This document shows, in pieces, positions 37,786 to 47,953 of a stretch of DNA of 64,000 nt. The notes under the pieces are model-generated. The model saw only the letters and a list, made by a program, of their open reading frames with translations. It was not told where the DNA came from and ran no database searches. The stretch comes from Candidatus Buchananbacteria bacterium (GTDB taxonomy: Bacteria; Patescibacteriota; Patescibacteriia; 2-01-FULL-39-33), in NCBI GenBank assembly GCA_041666945.1, contig JBAYFY010000001.1:182627-246626 (forward strand). Reading direction: 5' to 3'. A program made the position numbers and the translations under genes. Position 1 is the first letter of the stretch. Every line of letters starts with the position of its first letter.

Positions 37786-39234
37786 ATGGATCTGTTGCTG
37801 ATTGAAGTCAGGGGTATAAACAAATACATCAATAACGGCTTGGCTTATTTGGGCGGCTCGCTGATCGGGCGTTGTGCTTTTAATATTATTGATTTGAATT
37901 TTTTGGCTTGGTCGCCCGATCAGTTGAAAGATTTTATCATTGCCGTTAATCCCAAAGTTTTGGGTTTTTCGGTCAAATCCACCAATGCGGCAGCAGTTGA
38001 GGATTTAATTGCCGAACTGAAAGGAAAAATCAACAGCTTGATCATTGTTGGGGGGCCGCATGTTAGTTTGTTGGGAACGGAATATTTGCGGGCTAACCCT
38101 GACATTGATTATGGCTTGCAGTTTGAGGCCGAACGATCCCTGCCGCTTTTTTTTGATTTTTTAGCCGGTCAAAAAAAAATTGATGAGGTCCCCGGATTGG
38201 TTTACAGGGCTAACGGAGAATGTCTCGCCAATCCTTACTCTTTTACCGTTGACTTGGATAAATTGAATTTTCCCGATTACGATCATTTTGCCGAGTTTAA
38301 TCCCAGCCGATATTTTAGGGATCATCCTTATCCGCTGTTAACCAGCCGCGGCTGTCCGTATAATTGTATTTATTGTTCGGTTAAGTTTGTCAGCGGCCGA
38401 CTTTGGCGGTTTAGGAGCGTGGAAAATATTATTGAAGAAATAATCGCCGCTAAGGAAAAATATCAGATAAGCAGCTTTGAATTGGTTGATGATAATTTCA
38501 CTCTGGATATTGATCGGGCTTTGCTGTTCTGCCGCTCATTGGTTGATCGGCAATTAAATCTCATTTGGGGCTGCCCCAATGGCATCAGGGCCGATCGGGT
38601 TAATCAGGAACTGTGCAAGGCCATGTATGAGTCAGGTTGCCGTCATGTCGCTTTGGGCATAGAAAGTGGCGTACCCGAAATTTTTGACCGGATAAAAAAA
38701 GGCGAGAAATTAGAAGATGTCGCCAAGGCCGCTAAGATGTTGATGGAAAGCGGCATCAAAGTTACGGGGTTTTTCATTGTCGGTTTGCCTGGCGATAGCA
38801 TCAAGCATACCAAACAAACGGTGAAATTTTTCAATCAATTAAAATTAAACGGCGGCATTAAGTGGAATTTTTTAATTCCCTATCCCCATACCGAATTGTG
38901 GGATTGGATTAAAAAAGAAGGGAAATTATTGAATAATTTCGCTTTAGGCCGTCATTTTTCTAAAACGGGGGATAGAATTATCCCGATTTTTGAAACTGCC
39001 GATTTTAGCTCTCAAGCTCGGTTGAAAGCTTGGAAAATTGCCAATTTATCCACCGAGTCGTATTCAGCCGTCTTTAAAATACCAAAAAATCCGATCGTTT
39101 TCAGGCTAAAAATGGCTTATTTTTTATTATTGTATGCCCCGCAAGTGTTGTGGCGGAAATTATCAGGGATAATCCCAAAATTGTTAAGGAATCAGCGGAA
39201 TATTAAAGCGGCTTCCAAGAAACATGATTTATGA
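37786..39234 (+). CDS. B12-binding domain radical SAM protein (class B)
   Basis: NFPDYD; TSRGCPYNCIYC; GGPHVS. Confidence 0.85.
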   Translation: MDLLLIEVRGINKYINNGLAYLGGSLIGRCAFNIIDLNFLAWSPDQLKDFIIAVNPKVLGFSVKSTNAAAVEDLIAELKGKINSLIIVGGPHVSLLGTEYLRANPDIDYGLQFEAERSLPLFFDFLAGQKKIDEVPGLVYRANGECLANPYSFTVDLDKLNFPDYDHFAEFNPSRYFRDHPYPLLTSRGCPYNCIYCSVKFVSGRLWRFRSVENIIEEIIAAKEKYQISSFELVDDNFTLDIDRALLFCRSLVDRQLNLIWGCPNGIRADRVNQELCKAMYESGCRHVALGIESGVPEIFDRIKKGEKLEDVAKAAKMLMESGIKVTGFFIVGLPGDSIKHTKQTVKFFNQLKLNGGIKWNFLIPYPHTELWDWIKKEGKLLNNFALGRHFSKTGDRIIPIFETADFSSQARLKAWKIANLSTESYSAVFKIPKNPIVFRLKMAYFLLLYAPQVLWRKLSGIIPKLLRNQRNIKAASKKHDL

Positions 39235-40187
39235 ATCAGATTAATCCCCGAGTTGACATCGTTATTTGCAGTTATAAGAATAAAGAATTGACCGCAAAAT
39301 GCCTTGACTCCTTGTTGGATTCAACGTATATTAACTATAATATTATTTTAGTTGATGACCATTCCCCGGATGATTCAGTTGATTATTTTCAACGACATTA
39401 CCCGGAAATCACTGTTATTGCAAATGAAGTTAATCTGGGTCCGGCGGCATCGCGCAACCGGGGAATTAATCATGGACAAGCCGAATATATCGTAACCATG
39501 GATAATGATGCGACGCTGTCTAAAACCTGGCTGACCGAAATGATCCGATTAATGGATTCAGACGAAAGCATAGGACAGGCCGTAGGAAAAATTTTGTTTG
39601 CCGGTGAACCCGGGAAAATAGCCGCTGCCGGCGGCAGCATGTTATTCCGCGGCAAGGGTTATGATATCGGTCTGGGCGCGGAAGCGGATAACCCCCGGTA
39701 TAACCAATTCAGACAGGTGCTTTATGCCTGCAGCGCTTCAATGATTATCAGACGCAGCGTCCTAGAGAAAATCGGCGGTTTTTACGAGGGCTACTATCAT
39801 GGTTATGAAGATACCGATTTGTCATTAAGAGCCAACATCGCCGGTTTCAAAGTCGTTTATCAGCCGAACAGCATCAGTTATCACGGCCTTAGCGCGACCG
39901 TAAATAAGACCATTGATAATAAACGAACAACTTATCTTTGGATGCGGAATCGGTTGCTAATCATGTTAAGAAATTATCCCTGGCCGTTTTTGATTAAATT
40001 TTTTCCGCTTAATATTCGTTTTAATATCGGCCATTGCCTAAGCGAGCCCGACGATTTCTTGCCGTTTATCAGAAGTATTATTTCCATTATTATTAATGCT
40101 TTCAATATCCATTCTGCTCGTAAAGAAAATAAACGGTTGAAAAAAATCAGCGACGAGCGGCTGGAACAATTATTCAATTTAAATTAA
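39231..40187 (+). CDS. glycosyltransferase family 2
   Basis: DIVICSYKN, ILVDDHSPDDS, DNDA. Confidence 0.8.
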   Translation: MNQINPRVDIVICSYKNKELTAKCLDSLLDSTYINYNIILVDDHSPDDSVDYFQRHYPEITVIANEVNLGPAASRNRGINHGQAEYIVTMDNDATLSKTWLTEMIRLMDSDESIGQAVGKILFAGEPGKIAAAGGSMLFRGKGYDIGLGAEADNPRYNQFRQVLYACSASMIIRRSVLEKIGGFYEGYYHGYEDTDLSLRANIAGFKVVYQPNSISYHGLSATVNKTIDNKRTTYLWMRNRLLIMLRNYPWPFLIKFFPLNIRFNIGHCLSEPDDFLPFIRSIISIIINAFNIHSARKENKRLKKISDERLEQLFNLN

Positions 40188-40190
40188 TCT

Positions 40191-41267
40191 ATGGAGTTTA
40201 TTAAGAGATTGAAGATAATCAAGCAGTATTTGCCGGTAAGTAAATTTTATTTTTATTATTTATTAAAAAAAGATTGGCCGCTTTACGGGTTGATTTTTCA
40301 GGTGACTAATAAATGCAATTCCCGTTGCTTGATGTGTTTTAATTGGCAGGTAATCAATACGGAAACCGACGAGCTTTCTTTGGCGGAGATAGAAAAGTTT
40401 GCCAAAACCGTCGGCGCCATAAGAAGCGTTACCTTGGGCGGCGGCGAACCGTTCTTGCGATCTGATTTGCCGGAAATTTGTGAGATTTTTTACCGTTGCA
40501 GTGCCACCCGAAAGATCGCCATACCGACAAACTGCCTCCTGCCCGACCGGATAATAGAACAAACCCAAAAAATATTAGCCGCCGTACCAATCAAACTGAA
40601 AGTCGTCTTATCTCTGGACGGGATCGGCGAAGTGCATGATACGATCAGGGGAATAGCCGGAAATTTTGAACGTTTCTCGGAGACCTATGAAAAATTAATG
40701 GAATTGGCCAAAGTTAATGAGGCCTTGCAAGTCAGCGTCAACTCCACTATTTCCAATGTTAATAAGGATAATATTGCCGACATTATTGATTTTATTGATC
40801 GGCATCCCGGCATTAAGTATCATACCGCCGAAGTTATCCGCGGCTCGTTTGACCCGCAAAAAATTGCTCCGCTGGATTTAAAGCAATACGAAGATTTGCT
40901 TAATCGGGTTTTGTTTAAAAGCAAGACCTTGGCTAATGATTTTGCCAATAAGTTGTTTTACGTTTATTATCATAAGATAGCCCTGCGGATAATGAAGCAA
41001 AAAAGGCAAATTTTACCGTGCCGCTCCGCTTCCTTTTTCCCGGTTGTTGATGCTTGGGGCAATGTGTATAATTGCGAAATGCTGCCAAAAATTGGGAACT
41101 TAAGAAACGCCGATTATGATTTTAAAAAAATCTGGCAATCAGCGGCTGCCAAACGGCAACGATTGGACATTAGGAATAAAAAATGTTGGTGTACCCACTA
41201 TTGCTATCAATTGCCCAATATTATAATGAGCCCCTGGCATCTGCTCCGGGCTGTTTTGGGGATTTAA
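40191..41267 (+). CDS. radical SAM / SPASM-domain protein (no B12 domain)
   Basis: FQVTNKCNSRCLMCFNW, GGEPFL. C-terminal Cys-rich CRSASFF...YNCEM...CWCTHYC. Confidence 0.75.
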   Translation: MEFIKRLKIIKQYLPVSKFYFYYLLKKDWPLYGLIFQVTNKCNSRCLMCFNWQVINTETDELSLAEIEKFAKTVGAIRSVTLGGGEPFLRSDLPEICEIFYRCSATRKIAIPTNCLLPDRIIEQTQKILAAVPIKLKVVLSLDGIGEVHDTIRGIAGNFERFSETYEKLMELAKVNEALQVSVNSTISNVNKDNIADIIDFIDRHPGIKYHTAEVIRGSFDPQKIAPLDLKQYEDLLNRVLFKSKTLANDFANKLFYVYYHKIALRIMKQKRQILPCRSASFFPVVDAWGNVYNCEMLPKIGNLRNADYDFKKIWQSAAAKRQRLDIRNKKCWCTHYCYQLPNIIMSPWHLLRAVLGI

Positions 41268-41287
41268 ATTATAAATAATCTAAAGTT

Positions 41288-43117
41288 ATGTGGCAACAGT
41301 CAAATAATCGTTTTAACCGATTGATTATCTTAATTTTACTGCCCGTGGTTTTTTTTATGGCGGCCGCCTTTTGGTATTTCCCGGTTTTTTTCAAAGGCAG
41401 CACCGCTCAGCCCGCTGAAGCGGAAAATTTTATCTTGGCCAGGAATCTGGTCCGGACCGGGTTTTACGGCATGGAAGACAGCCGCAATATCGTTTTAGCG
41501 CCGTCCTTAGTCAGTCAGCACGCCCAGCCCAGCACCCAGGGAAATAAGTTCACTACTTGGTCTTATGCCGCCTTGTTCAAATACATCGGCCTGCCCGATT
41601 TTAATGTGTTGATAATTATTGCCGTGATTATCCAAGCGCTGGCTTTAGTTTTATTTGCCGCCGTTGTTTTTTATTTATTCGGCTGGGAAGCGGCTATAAT
41701 TTTTTCTTTGGTTTATATCCTATTGCCGTTTAATTCCCAGATGGTTCAGACAATCGGCACTTATGAATTTGCCATGTTATATTTCGCAATTTTTTCCGTT
41801 TTGTTTTTTCTGGGCCGAAAAACCAAGGGTAAATATATTTTTTTGCCTTTAGCCGGTATTTTTCTATCGCTATCTTGTTTGGCGCGGGAAGTGATGTTTT
41901 TATTCCCCCCCGTGTTTTTCTGTTGGCTTATTTTTCAACCCCAGCAACAGCCCGTTGCCGCTTCAAAGATTTTATCGTCCCTGCAGTCGGTTCGGTCATG
42001 GTTTAAAACAACCGCGACTAATCTTAAAAAAAATGTCACTAAAATTAATTTAATAAACGCCGGCCTGGTTTTTGTTCCTTTCTTCGTCATGCTGGCGGTT
42101 TTTTGGTTGCCGGCGATAGTCGGTCTTCGCGGCACCAATGATTATTTCAGGGTTTTTGTCGCTAATAAAACACAGACCGGTAATTGGTCGGAATTTAATT
42201 TTTACGGCCATCTTTTCCCCGATCCTTATACCTTTTATTTCGATCAAAAAACCGTACTGGATAAATTCAATTCAGACATTGCCAGCCGGGGAATATTGGA
42301 ACGCATTGATTTAATCAAGGTGGGAGCCAATATCGGCATCCGCCCCATTAACTTAATGGAGAGAATGATTGTGGGGTCGAATAATTTACTCGCCCATCTT
42401 TCCCGCTTTGTTGCTTTGGAGTATATCGGCGGATCGTTGTTTTTCATTTTAATGCTGTTGGGCATTAAAGAATTGAGCCGTCGCGATAAGAATTTAACCG
42501 TTCTTTTTGCCAGTTGGCTGGTGTTCTCCATCTTAATTTCCAGTTACGTTGTTTTGGCTTCGCGCGACCATTTAATGGACTGGGGTTGGGCGATTGCGCT
42601 TTTTATCAGTTTTGGTTTAACGGGTTTAGTAAAAATTATTAGCGATCGTTATGTCGCCAACAAATTCAGCCGATTAGCCGGCTGGTTAGCCATTTTCTTG
42701 CTTATTTACGGCCTGATCCAGGCGAATCATGTTTATTGGGGGCGAGGATATGATGATAACGTCAACTTAAAGATCGTCTATTTGGCAGAACAGGTTCGTT
42801 CGCGGACCGAAGCCATCAAGCCGGAGGAAACGGTAGTCGTGGGCAATAGGGCGTTGCACCCCCTGTTGAATTATTTGACGGGAGTGTCAGCGGTTTATTT
42901 TTCTCCCGAGACCGTCGGCCGTTTACTGCAAGAGCAGAAACTTCAGTCGGCATTTGAAGCTTATAACGTGAAATACGTGATTGGTTATGACAGTGAATTG
43001 GCGCAACAAATCTCTTCCAGCAGCCAAGCAATAAATATCGCTGATTGGCCCCGGGCCGGAGTAGTGGAAGCCAAAGCCAGCCCCGGGAAAATGTGGTTTC
43101 TTAATTTGATAAAATAA
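41288..43117 (+). CDS. large polytopic membrane protein of unknown function (possible GT-C-like transferase)
   Basis: About 12 TMs with loops in between. No soluble catalytic motifs recognised. Confidence 0.45.
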   Translation: MWQQSNNRFNRLIILILLPVVFFMAAAFWYFPVFFKGSTAQPAEAENFILARNLVRTGFYGMEDSRNIVLAPSLVSQHAQPSTQGNKFTTWSYAALFKYIGLPDFNVLIIIAVIIQALALVLFAAVVFYLFGWEAAIIFSLVYILLPFNSQMVQTIGTYEFAMLYFAIFSVLFFLGRKTKGKYIFLPLAGIFLSLSCLAREVMFLFPPVFFCWLIFQPQQQPVAASKILSSLQSVRSWFKTTATNLKKNVTKINLINAGLVFVPFFVMLAVFWLPAIVGLRGTNDYFRVFVANKTQTGNWSEFNFYGHLFPDPYTFYFDQKTVLDKFNSDIASRGILERIDLIKVGANIGIRPINLMERMIVGSNNLLAHLSRFVALEYIGGSLFFILMLLGIKELSRRDKNLTVLFASWLVFSILISSYVVLASRDHLMDWGWAIALFISFGLTGLVKIISDRYVANKFSRLAGWLAIFLLIYGLIQANHVYWGRGYDDNVNLKIVYLAEQVRSRTEAIKPEETVVVGNRALHPLLNYLTGVSAVYFSPETVGRLLQEQKLQSAFEAYNVKYVIGYDSELAQQISSSSQAINIADWPRAGVVEAKASPGKMWFLNLIK

Positions 43118-44091
43118 TGATAAAAATTGGAACCAGGTGGAAAAAAATAATTTCTTTAATCATAACTTTGGCTTTAGTGGCCCTGCTTTTAACGCAGATT
43201 GATTTTACCCAAGCCAAAGATATTATTTTAAAAATATCGTGGCCCTACCTTTTAATCGCGTTTATTTTTTATTTTGTTGGCGTTTGTTTGCGGGCTTGGA
43301 GATGGCAAATTTTGATTCTTTCCAAGAAAGTTGGTTTTTTAAATTCTTTAAAAATCACTTTAGGTTATACTTTTTTCTGCAACTTGCTGCCCTTTAGAAG
43401 CGGCGAGTTAAGTTTTGTTTATTTTATAAAAAAACGCGAAAACATAGCCGTGGCTGAAGGCCTTAGTGTCTTGTTGATAGCCAGATTTTTTGATCTTTTA
43501 GCGGTGGCCGTTTCGTTTTTAGCCGGTTTTATTTTGCTTAATCCCGGCTATATTCCGCCCAATAAGATTTATTTAAGCTGCATTGTATTGGGTTTAGGCA
43601 CGATTGCCGTTTTATTTTACCTTGATCAACTGATTAAAGCGGCTATCGTTTTAATGGACAAGGCAGGATTGACTAAGTTTAAATTCGGTGCTAAGCTAAT
43701 CATCAAATTGAAAGAAGCTATAACCAGTATCAAAGCAATTCGCTCCCTGCCCGTTTATTTGATTAATTTATTGATTTCATTTTTATGGTTAGCGTCCGCC
43801 TCTTTAATGGTTATAGCATTCTTTCGTTCCTTAAATATCGATTTTGGCTGGTTAAAGGTAACCTTGGGGCTTATTTTCAGCCAGTTGATAAGCTTTCTGC
43901 CCGTTCAAGGACTGTGGGATTTCGGCACTTATGAAACCGGCTGGGCCATTGGTTTTGGCTTATTGGGCTTGAATAAGGAAGCAGCGATTATTTCCGGTTT
44001 TATGGTGCACTTATTCAGCTTGGCCTATCTTTTAATTTTGATTATTATCTTTTTACCCGTCAGAAGTATTTTAAAAAAGACCAATTTATGA
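43117..44091 (+). CDS. flippase-like / lysylphosphatidylglycerol-synthase-TM-region family membrane protein
   Basis: 8 TMs. N-terminal WKKIISLIITLALVALLL...ISWPYLLIAFIFYFVGVCLRAWRWQIL is typical of the family. ATGA overlaps with both neighbours. Confidence 0.6.
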   Translation: MIKIGTRWKKIISLIITLALVALLLTQIDFTQAKDIILKISWPYLLIAFIFYFVGVCLRAWRWQILILSKKVGFLNSLKITLGYTFFCNLLPFRSGELSFVYFIKKRENIAVAEGLSVLLIARFFDLLAVAVSFLAGFILLNPGYIPPNKIYLSCIVLGLGTIAVLFYLDQLIKAAIVLMDKAGLTKFKFGAKLIIKLKEAITSIKAIRSLPVYLINLLISFLWLASASLMVIAFFRSLNIDFGWLKVTLGLIFSQLISFLPVQGLWDFGTYETGWAIGFGLLGLNKEAAIISGFMVHLFSLAYLLILIIIFLPVRSILKKTNL

Positions 44092-45515
44092 AATATAAAC
44101 TCTTATTGATCAATCCTCCTTTCACTAATTATGACGGCATTGAAGGTCAGGGCGGCAAAACCGCCCCGCTTAATCTGGCTTATCTGGCGGCTTATTTGCG
44201 CCAATACGAAAAGGATGTGGAAATAACCATTCTTGACTGCGAAGCGCTGGAAATGTCTTACGACCAGATAGATGAAAAAATTAAGGGGATTGGGCCGCAT
44301 TTTGTCGCTTTAACATTTCCTACCCCGGTTTATAAGCAGCTTAAGGAGATTACGCGGCGAATAAAAGCCATTGATCAGAATATAAAAATTATTGTCGGCG
44401 GACCACATCCGACGATTGCCGCCCAAGAAACAATGCAAGACATGCCGGCGATAGATTTTTCCGTTTTAGGCGAAGGAGAAGTCACTTTTTTAGAGCTTAT
44501 CCGCGCCCTCATCGCCGGGCAAACCTACTTCAAGGATATTAAGGGTATTGCTTATCGCGACAATGGCGCGGTGCTGGTAACGGAATATCGCCCGCTGATT
44601 GATAATTTGGATACCATACCCTTTCCGGCTCGCGATTTATTGCCGATTGAAAAATATTATTTGCCGCCCACAAGGACAACGGATTCGGGGCAGGCGATAA
44701 ATATTATTTCCGGCCGCGGTTGTCCTTATTGCTGCACTTTTTGCATGGCGGAATCGGTTTGGAAAAGAAAATATCGCACCAGAAGCGTAGATAATGTTCT
44801 GGGTGAGATTGAAGAATGCGTTAGGAATTATCAGGCAACCTCCTTTAATTTCCATGATGAGCTTTTTACCGCCAATAAAGAAAGAGTGAGAAGATTTTGC
44901 GAAGAGATTATTAGGCGAAAACTTGATATTTCTTGGGTAGTCATGGCCCGGGTTGATTCGGTAAACGACGAAATACTAAAATTAATGCGACAGGCCGGCT
45001 GCAAAAGAATCGGCTTCGGATTTGAATCAGGTTCACAGAAGATTTTAGACAAAATGCGCAAGGGCGCTACTTTGGAGCAGGCCAGACAGGCCGTTGCTTT
45101 ATGCCGCAAGAATGACATTTTAGTTTCCGGAGCGTTTATCATCGGCTATATTGACGAGGACCCGGAAACAGTTAACCAGACGATTGATTTCGCCTGCAGT
45201 TTGGATTTGGATACGGCGGCTTTCTTCGTGGCCATTCCTTATCCCGGGACCAAACTCTACGAAGAGGCCAAAGCCCGGGGGTATATCAGGAAAGATTTTG
45301 ATTGGAGCGATTTTTGCTCGGTTTCCAATCATATACCGCCGATGGATCTGCCCGGTTTAAGCAGCGACACTCTATTGAAACTGAAGCGCCGGGCCTTTAT
45401 CAAATTTTATTTGCGGCCGAAATATATTATTTATCGGCTAAAAAAAATAAAGTCCTTGGCAGATTTGAAGGATATCTTGCTAGGACTTAATATTTTTAAA
45501 AACGTTCTCAAATAA
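44088..45515 (+). CDS. B12-binding domain radical SAM protein (class B)
   Basis: IPFPARDLLPIEKY; GRGCPYCCTFC; GGPHPT, GEGE. Confidence 0.85.
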   Translation: MKYKLLLINPPFTNYDGIEGQGGKTAPLNLAYLAAYLRQYEKDVEITILDCEALEMSYDQIDEKIKGIGPHFVALTFPTPVYKQLKEITRRIKAIDQNIKIIVGGPHPTIAAQETMQDMPAIDFSVLGEGEVTFLELIRALIAGQTYFKDIKGIAYRDNGAVLVTEYRPLIDNLDTIPFPARDLLPIEKYYLPPTRTTDSGQAINIISGRGCPYCCTFCMAESVWKRKYRTRSVDNVLGEIEECVRNYQATSFNFHDELFTANKERVRRFCEEIIRRKLDISWVVMARVDSVNDEILKLMRQAGCKRIGFGFESGSQKILDKMRKGATLEQARQAVALCRKNDILVSGAFIIGYIDEDPETVNQTIDFACSLDLDTAAFFVAIPYPGTKLYEEAKARGYIRKDFDWSDFCSVSNHIPPMDLPGLSSDTLLKLKRRAFIKFYLRPKYIIYRLKKIKSLADLKDILLGLNIFKNVLK

Positions 45516-45528
45516 GATCAGATAAGAT

Positions 45529-46947
45529 TCAGAATTTCAGAACTTGCCAGCCGGCTTTGGCCTTCCTGGCCAATTCATCCCAAGATCTGACGGCGAGAAG
45601 CTTTTTGATGATGTATTTGGGGCGGCGATAGAAAGAGGCGTAGAATTTTCTCATTAGCGCCAGTAATTCGTCACGGGTAAAATTCTCCGTCCATAATGGC
45701 GGGATGAATTGCGCCGCAGGGTTGGCGGCGAATTCTCGCCAAACGTCGGTTTTTATTATGCCCTTTTCCAGCGCGAGAGCGTATAATTGAGTGCCGGGGA
45801 AAGGGGTGGTGATAGAGACGTTAATGTAATCCGGATCGAGTTTTTTGGCGAATTTTATGGTTTGCTTGATGTCATCAAGCGTTTCCGAGGGGTTGCCAAT
45901 CATAAAGTAGGCGAGGGTTTCAATACCCTCTTTTTTTGTCCAGCGGATCGCTTTTTCCACCATTTCCAGAGTGATGTCTTTCTTGAGCGCGTCAAGAATT
46001 TTTTGGGTTCCTGCTTCAACGCCGAAATGAATTCTTTGGCAACCGGCCATTTTAAGCAGATGGAGCAGTTCCTCATCAACCGTATTGACGCGAGCACGGA
46101 TATCCCAATTGATTTTTAATTTCCTGTTGATTATTTCGCGGCAGATATCTACTGTTCTTTGGCGATTAATGGTGAAAGTGTCGTCGTAAATGAATATTTC
46201 CTCAATGCCCATTTTTTTGATTTCTGCCATTTCATCAACAACGTTATTAGCGCTGCGGGCGCGGAAAACCTTGCCTAAATGCGGACGGTCGCAAAACAAG
46301 CAGCGGTAAGGGCAGCCGCGTGAAGTAAACATCGTGGTAACCGGCGATTTTTGCGCGATAATGGAAAAATATTTATCGTATTTTGTCAGCTGGCGAGCCG
46401 GAAAGGGCAATTCGTCCAAATTATTGATCAGTCCGCAATGCCCGGTGTTGATAATTTGCCCGTTAGATTTAAAAACTATGCCGGGGATAGTTTTTAATTT
46501 TTCCCGGTCATTGATATTATCAATTAATTCTTTGAACGGTTTTTCGCCTTCCCCCAAAATAATAAAATCCACGCCCGGCAAATTAATTGTTTCATCCGGG
46601 TATAAATTAGGATGAGCGCCGCCTAAAACAATCGGGGTATCGGGCAATGCCGCTTTGATTGATTTAATAATGGCCATAACGTCCAGAAGGACGAAGGTTA
46701 AAGCGGTTATCCCGATTATGTCCGGCTGGAATTCTTTGGCCAGGCGGCCGATCTCATCGTAACTTATGTTTTCTACGCCGCAATCCGCGATTTTAATCTC
46801 GCAGTCGTTGAATTTTTTTAAATAAGCGGCTAAGTAGAGGATCCCCAATGATGGCAGATAATCAATTTCTTTGTCGTAGATTTCCGGCTGATTGGCAGCA
46901 ATCGGCTGAAATTGAGCGGGGTTAATCAGTAATATTTTCTTGGTCAT
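45529..46947 (-). CDS. B12-binding domain radical SAM protein (class B)
   Basis: LPFPARQL; TSRGCPYRCLFC; GGAHPN, GEGEK. Confidence 0.85.
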   Translation of the reverse strand: MTKKILLINPAQFQPIAANQPEIYDKEIDYLPSLGILYLAAYLKKFNDCEIKIADCGVENISYDEIGRLAKEFQPDIIGITALTFVLLDVMAIIKSIKAALPDTPIVLGGAHPNLYPDETINLPGVDFIILGEGEKPFKELIDNINDREKLKTIPGIVFKSNGQIINTGHCGLINNLDELPFPARQLTKYDKYFSIIAQKSPVTTMFTSRGCPYRCLFCDRPHLGKVFRARSANNVVDEMAEIKKMGIEEIFIYDDTFTINRQRTVDICREIINRKLKINWDIRARVNTVDEELLHLLKMAGCQRIHFGVEAGTQKILDALKKDITLEMVEKAIRWTKKEGIETLAYFMIGNPSETLDDIKQTIKFAKKLDPDYINVSITTPFPGTQLYALALEKGIIKTDVWREFAANPAAQFIPPLWTENFTRDELLALMRKFYASFYRRPKYIIKKLLAVRSWDELARKAKAGWQVLKF

Positions 46948-46951
46948 AATT

Positions 46952-47953
46952 TTAGGGCAGATATTTCCTTAATTTGGGCCCGATTAAGGCAGTGATATTC
47001 AAGGGCAATAAGCGGTAGATTTTTGACGCATAACGCAAACAGGATTTTTGAGGCGTTTTAATTGTTTTTTGATCGGATGAGATAAGATAATAGGGCAGAG
47101 TGATGTTGCGGCAATTCCATTGGCTTTTGAATTTGGCCACGGGGGAGCCAATTTGCGATCGGCCGAGATCTATCTTTTTGATTTCCGGCCGGCAAGATTC
47201 CGCCATTATTCGCCAATATAAGTAATCGTTAAAATTAAAAGATTTTAGCTTGCGGTCAGAAGCGGCCCAGGGTATATGCAACGTGTTTTTATAAACAAAG
47301 GTTAAAGCGGCGGCGGCTATCTTATCGTTGTATTTAACGGCGCAGATAGCGCCGTCAAATTGTTTCAATATATCCGCAAAAAAACCGATTTTATGCGCCG
47401 GCGTGCCGTGTCGTTTCATTGATTTAAGATAAAGCAGATAGAAATCCGGCAGTAATTCCTTTTGTTTTAAATATTCCGGGTTGTACTTTTCCGCCTTGCG
47501 CACTTGGTTCCTGGCTTTTTTATCAATCCTTTTCCATAAATCATCCGCCGTAACTCCCAAATCTATCAATGAACATATGTTATCAATGTTCGGCGATGCT
47601 TGGCCCAGGCCCGTTTCTCTTGACTGGCGTAATTCGTACTTTTCTCCCTGATTCAGGGATCGGTTGATTAAATAATCATTAAATTCCTTTTTAGCCGATT
47701 CAGCGCCGACAAATCCCGCCCAATCGGTAAAGGGTAGCGAGATGAAATTTTTTTTGCCGGTTTTAAATAATGGCAAAATTCCGGTGATTGAATCCCGGTT
47801 ATCAATATTAATCAAATAATGATCTGCCAGGCCGTAATTGTCCCGGATAATTTTTCGCATTCCAATACTATGGGAGAAATTTGCTTGCTCCTGGGCGGTT
47901 AAGAAATCTTCCCAAGCTTGTTCCCGGTCTTTTGTTAATTCTTTAATGGCCAT
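46952..47953 (-). CDS. FemAB-like / GNAT-fold acyltransferase family protein (EPS-locus associated)
   Basis: Overall resemblance to FemAB-related proteins that pair with a CE4 deacetylase in EPS loci. Weak motif support only. Confidence 0.45.
   Translation of the reverse strand: MAIKELTKDREQAWEDFLTAQEQANFSHSIGMRKIIRDNYGLADHYLINIDNRDSITGILPLFKTGKKNFISLPFTDWAGFVGAESAKKEFNDYLINRSLNQGEKYELRQSRETGLGQASPNIDNICSLIDLGVTADDLWKRIDKKARNQVRKAEKYNPEYLKQKELLPDFYLLYLKSMKRHGTPAHKIGFFADILKQFDGAICAVKYNDKIAAAALTFVYKNTLHIPWAASDRKLKSFNFNDYLYWRIMAESCRPEIKKIDLGRSQIGSPVAKFKSQWNCRNITLPYYLISSDQKTIKTPQKSCLRYASKIYRLLPLNITALIGPKLRKYLP

Noticed and set aside
11682-46947. Radical SAM cluster as a RiPP (peptide) maturation system
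   Set aside because: I saw no short Cys-, Gly- or Ser-rich precursor-peptide ORFs, leader-peptide features or peptidase/exporter genes adjacent to the radical SAM genes. Every neighbour is a sugar-pathway gene. I cannot fully exclude a RiPP system without HMM searches.
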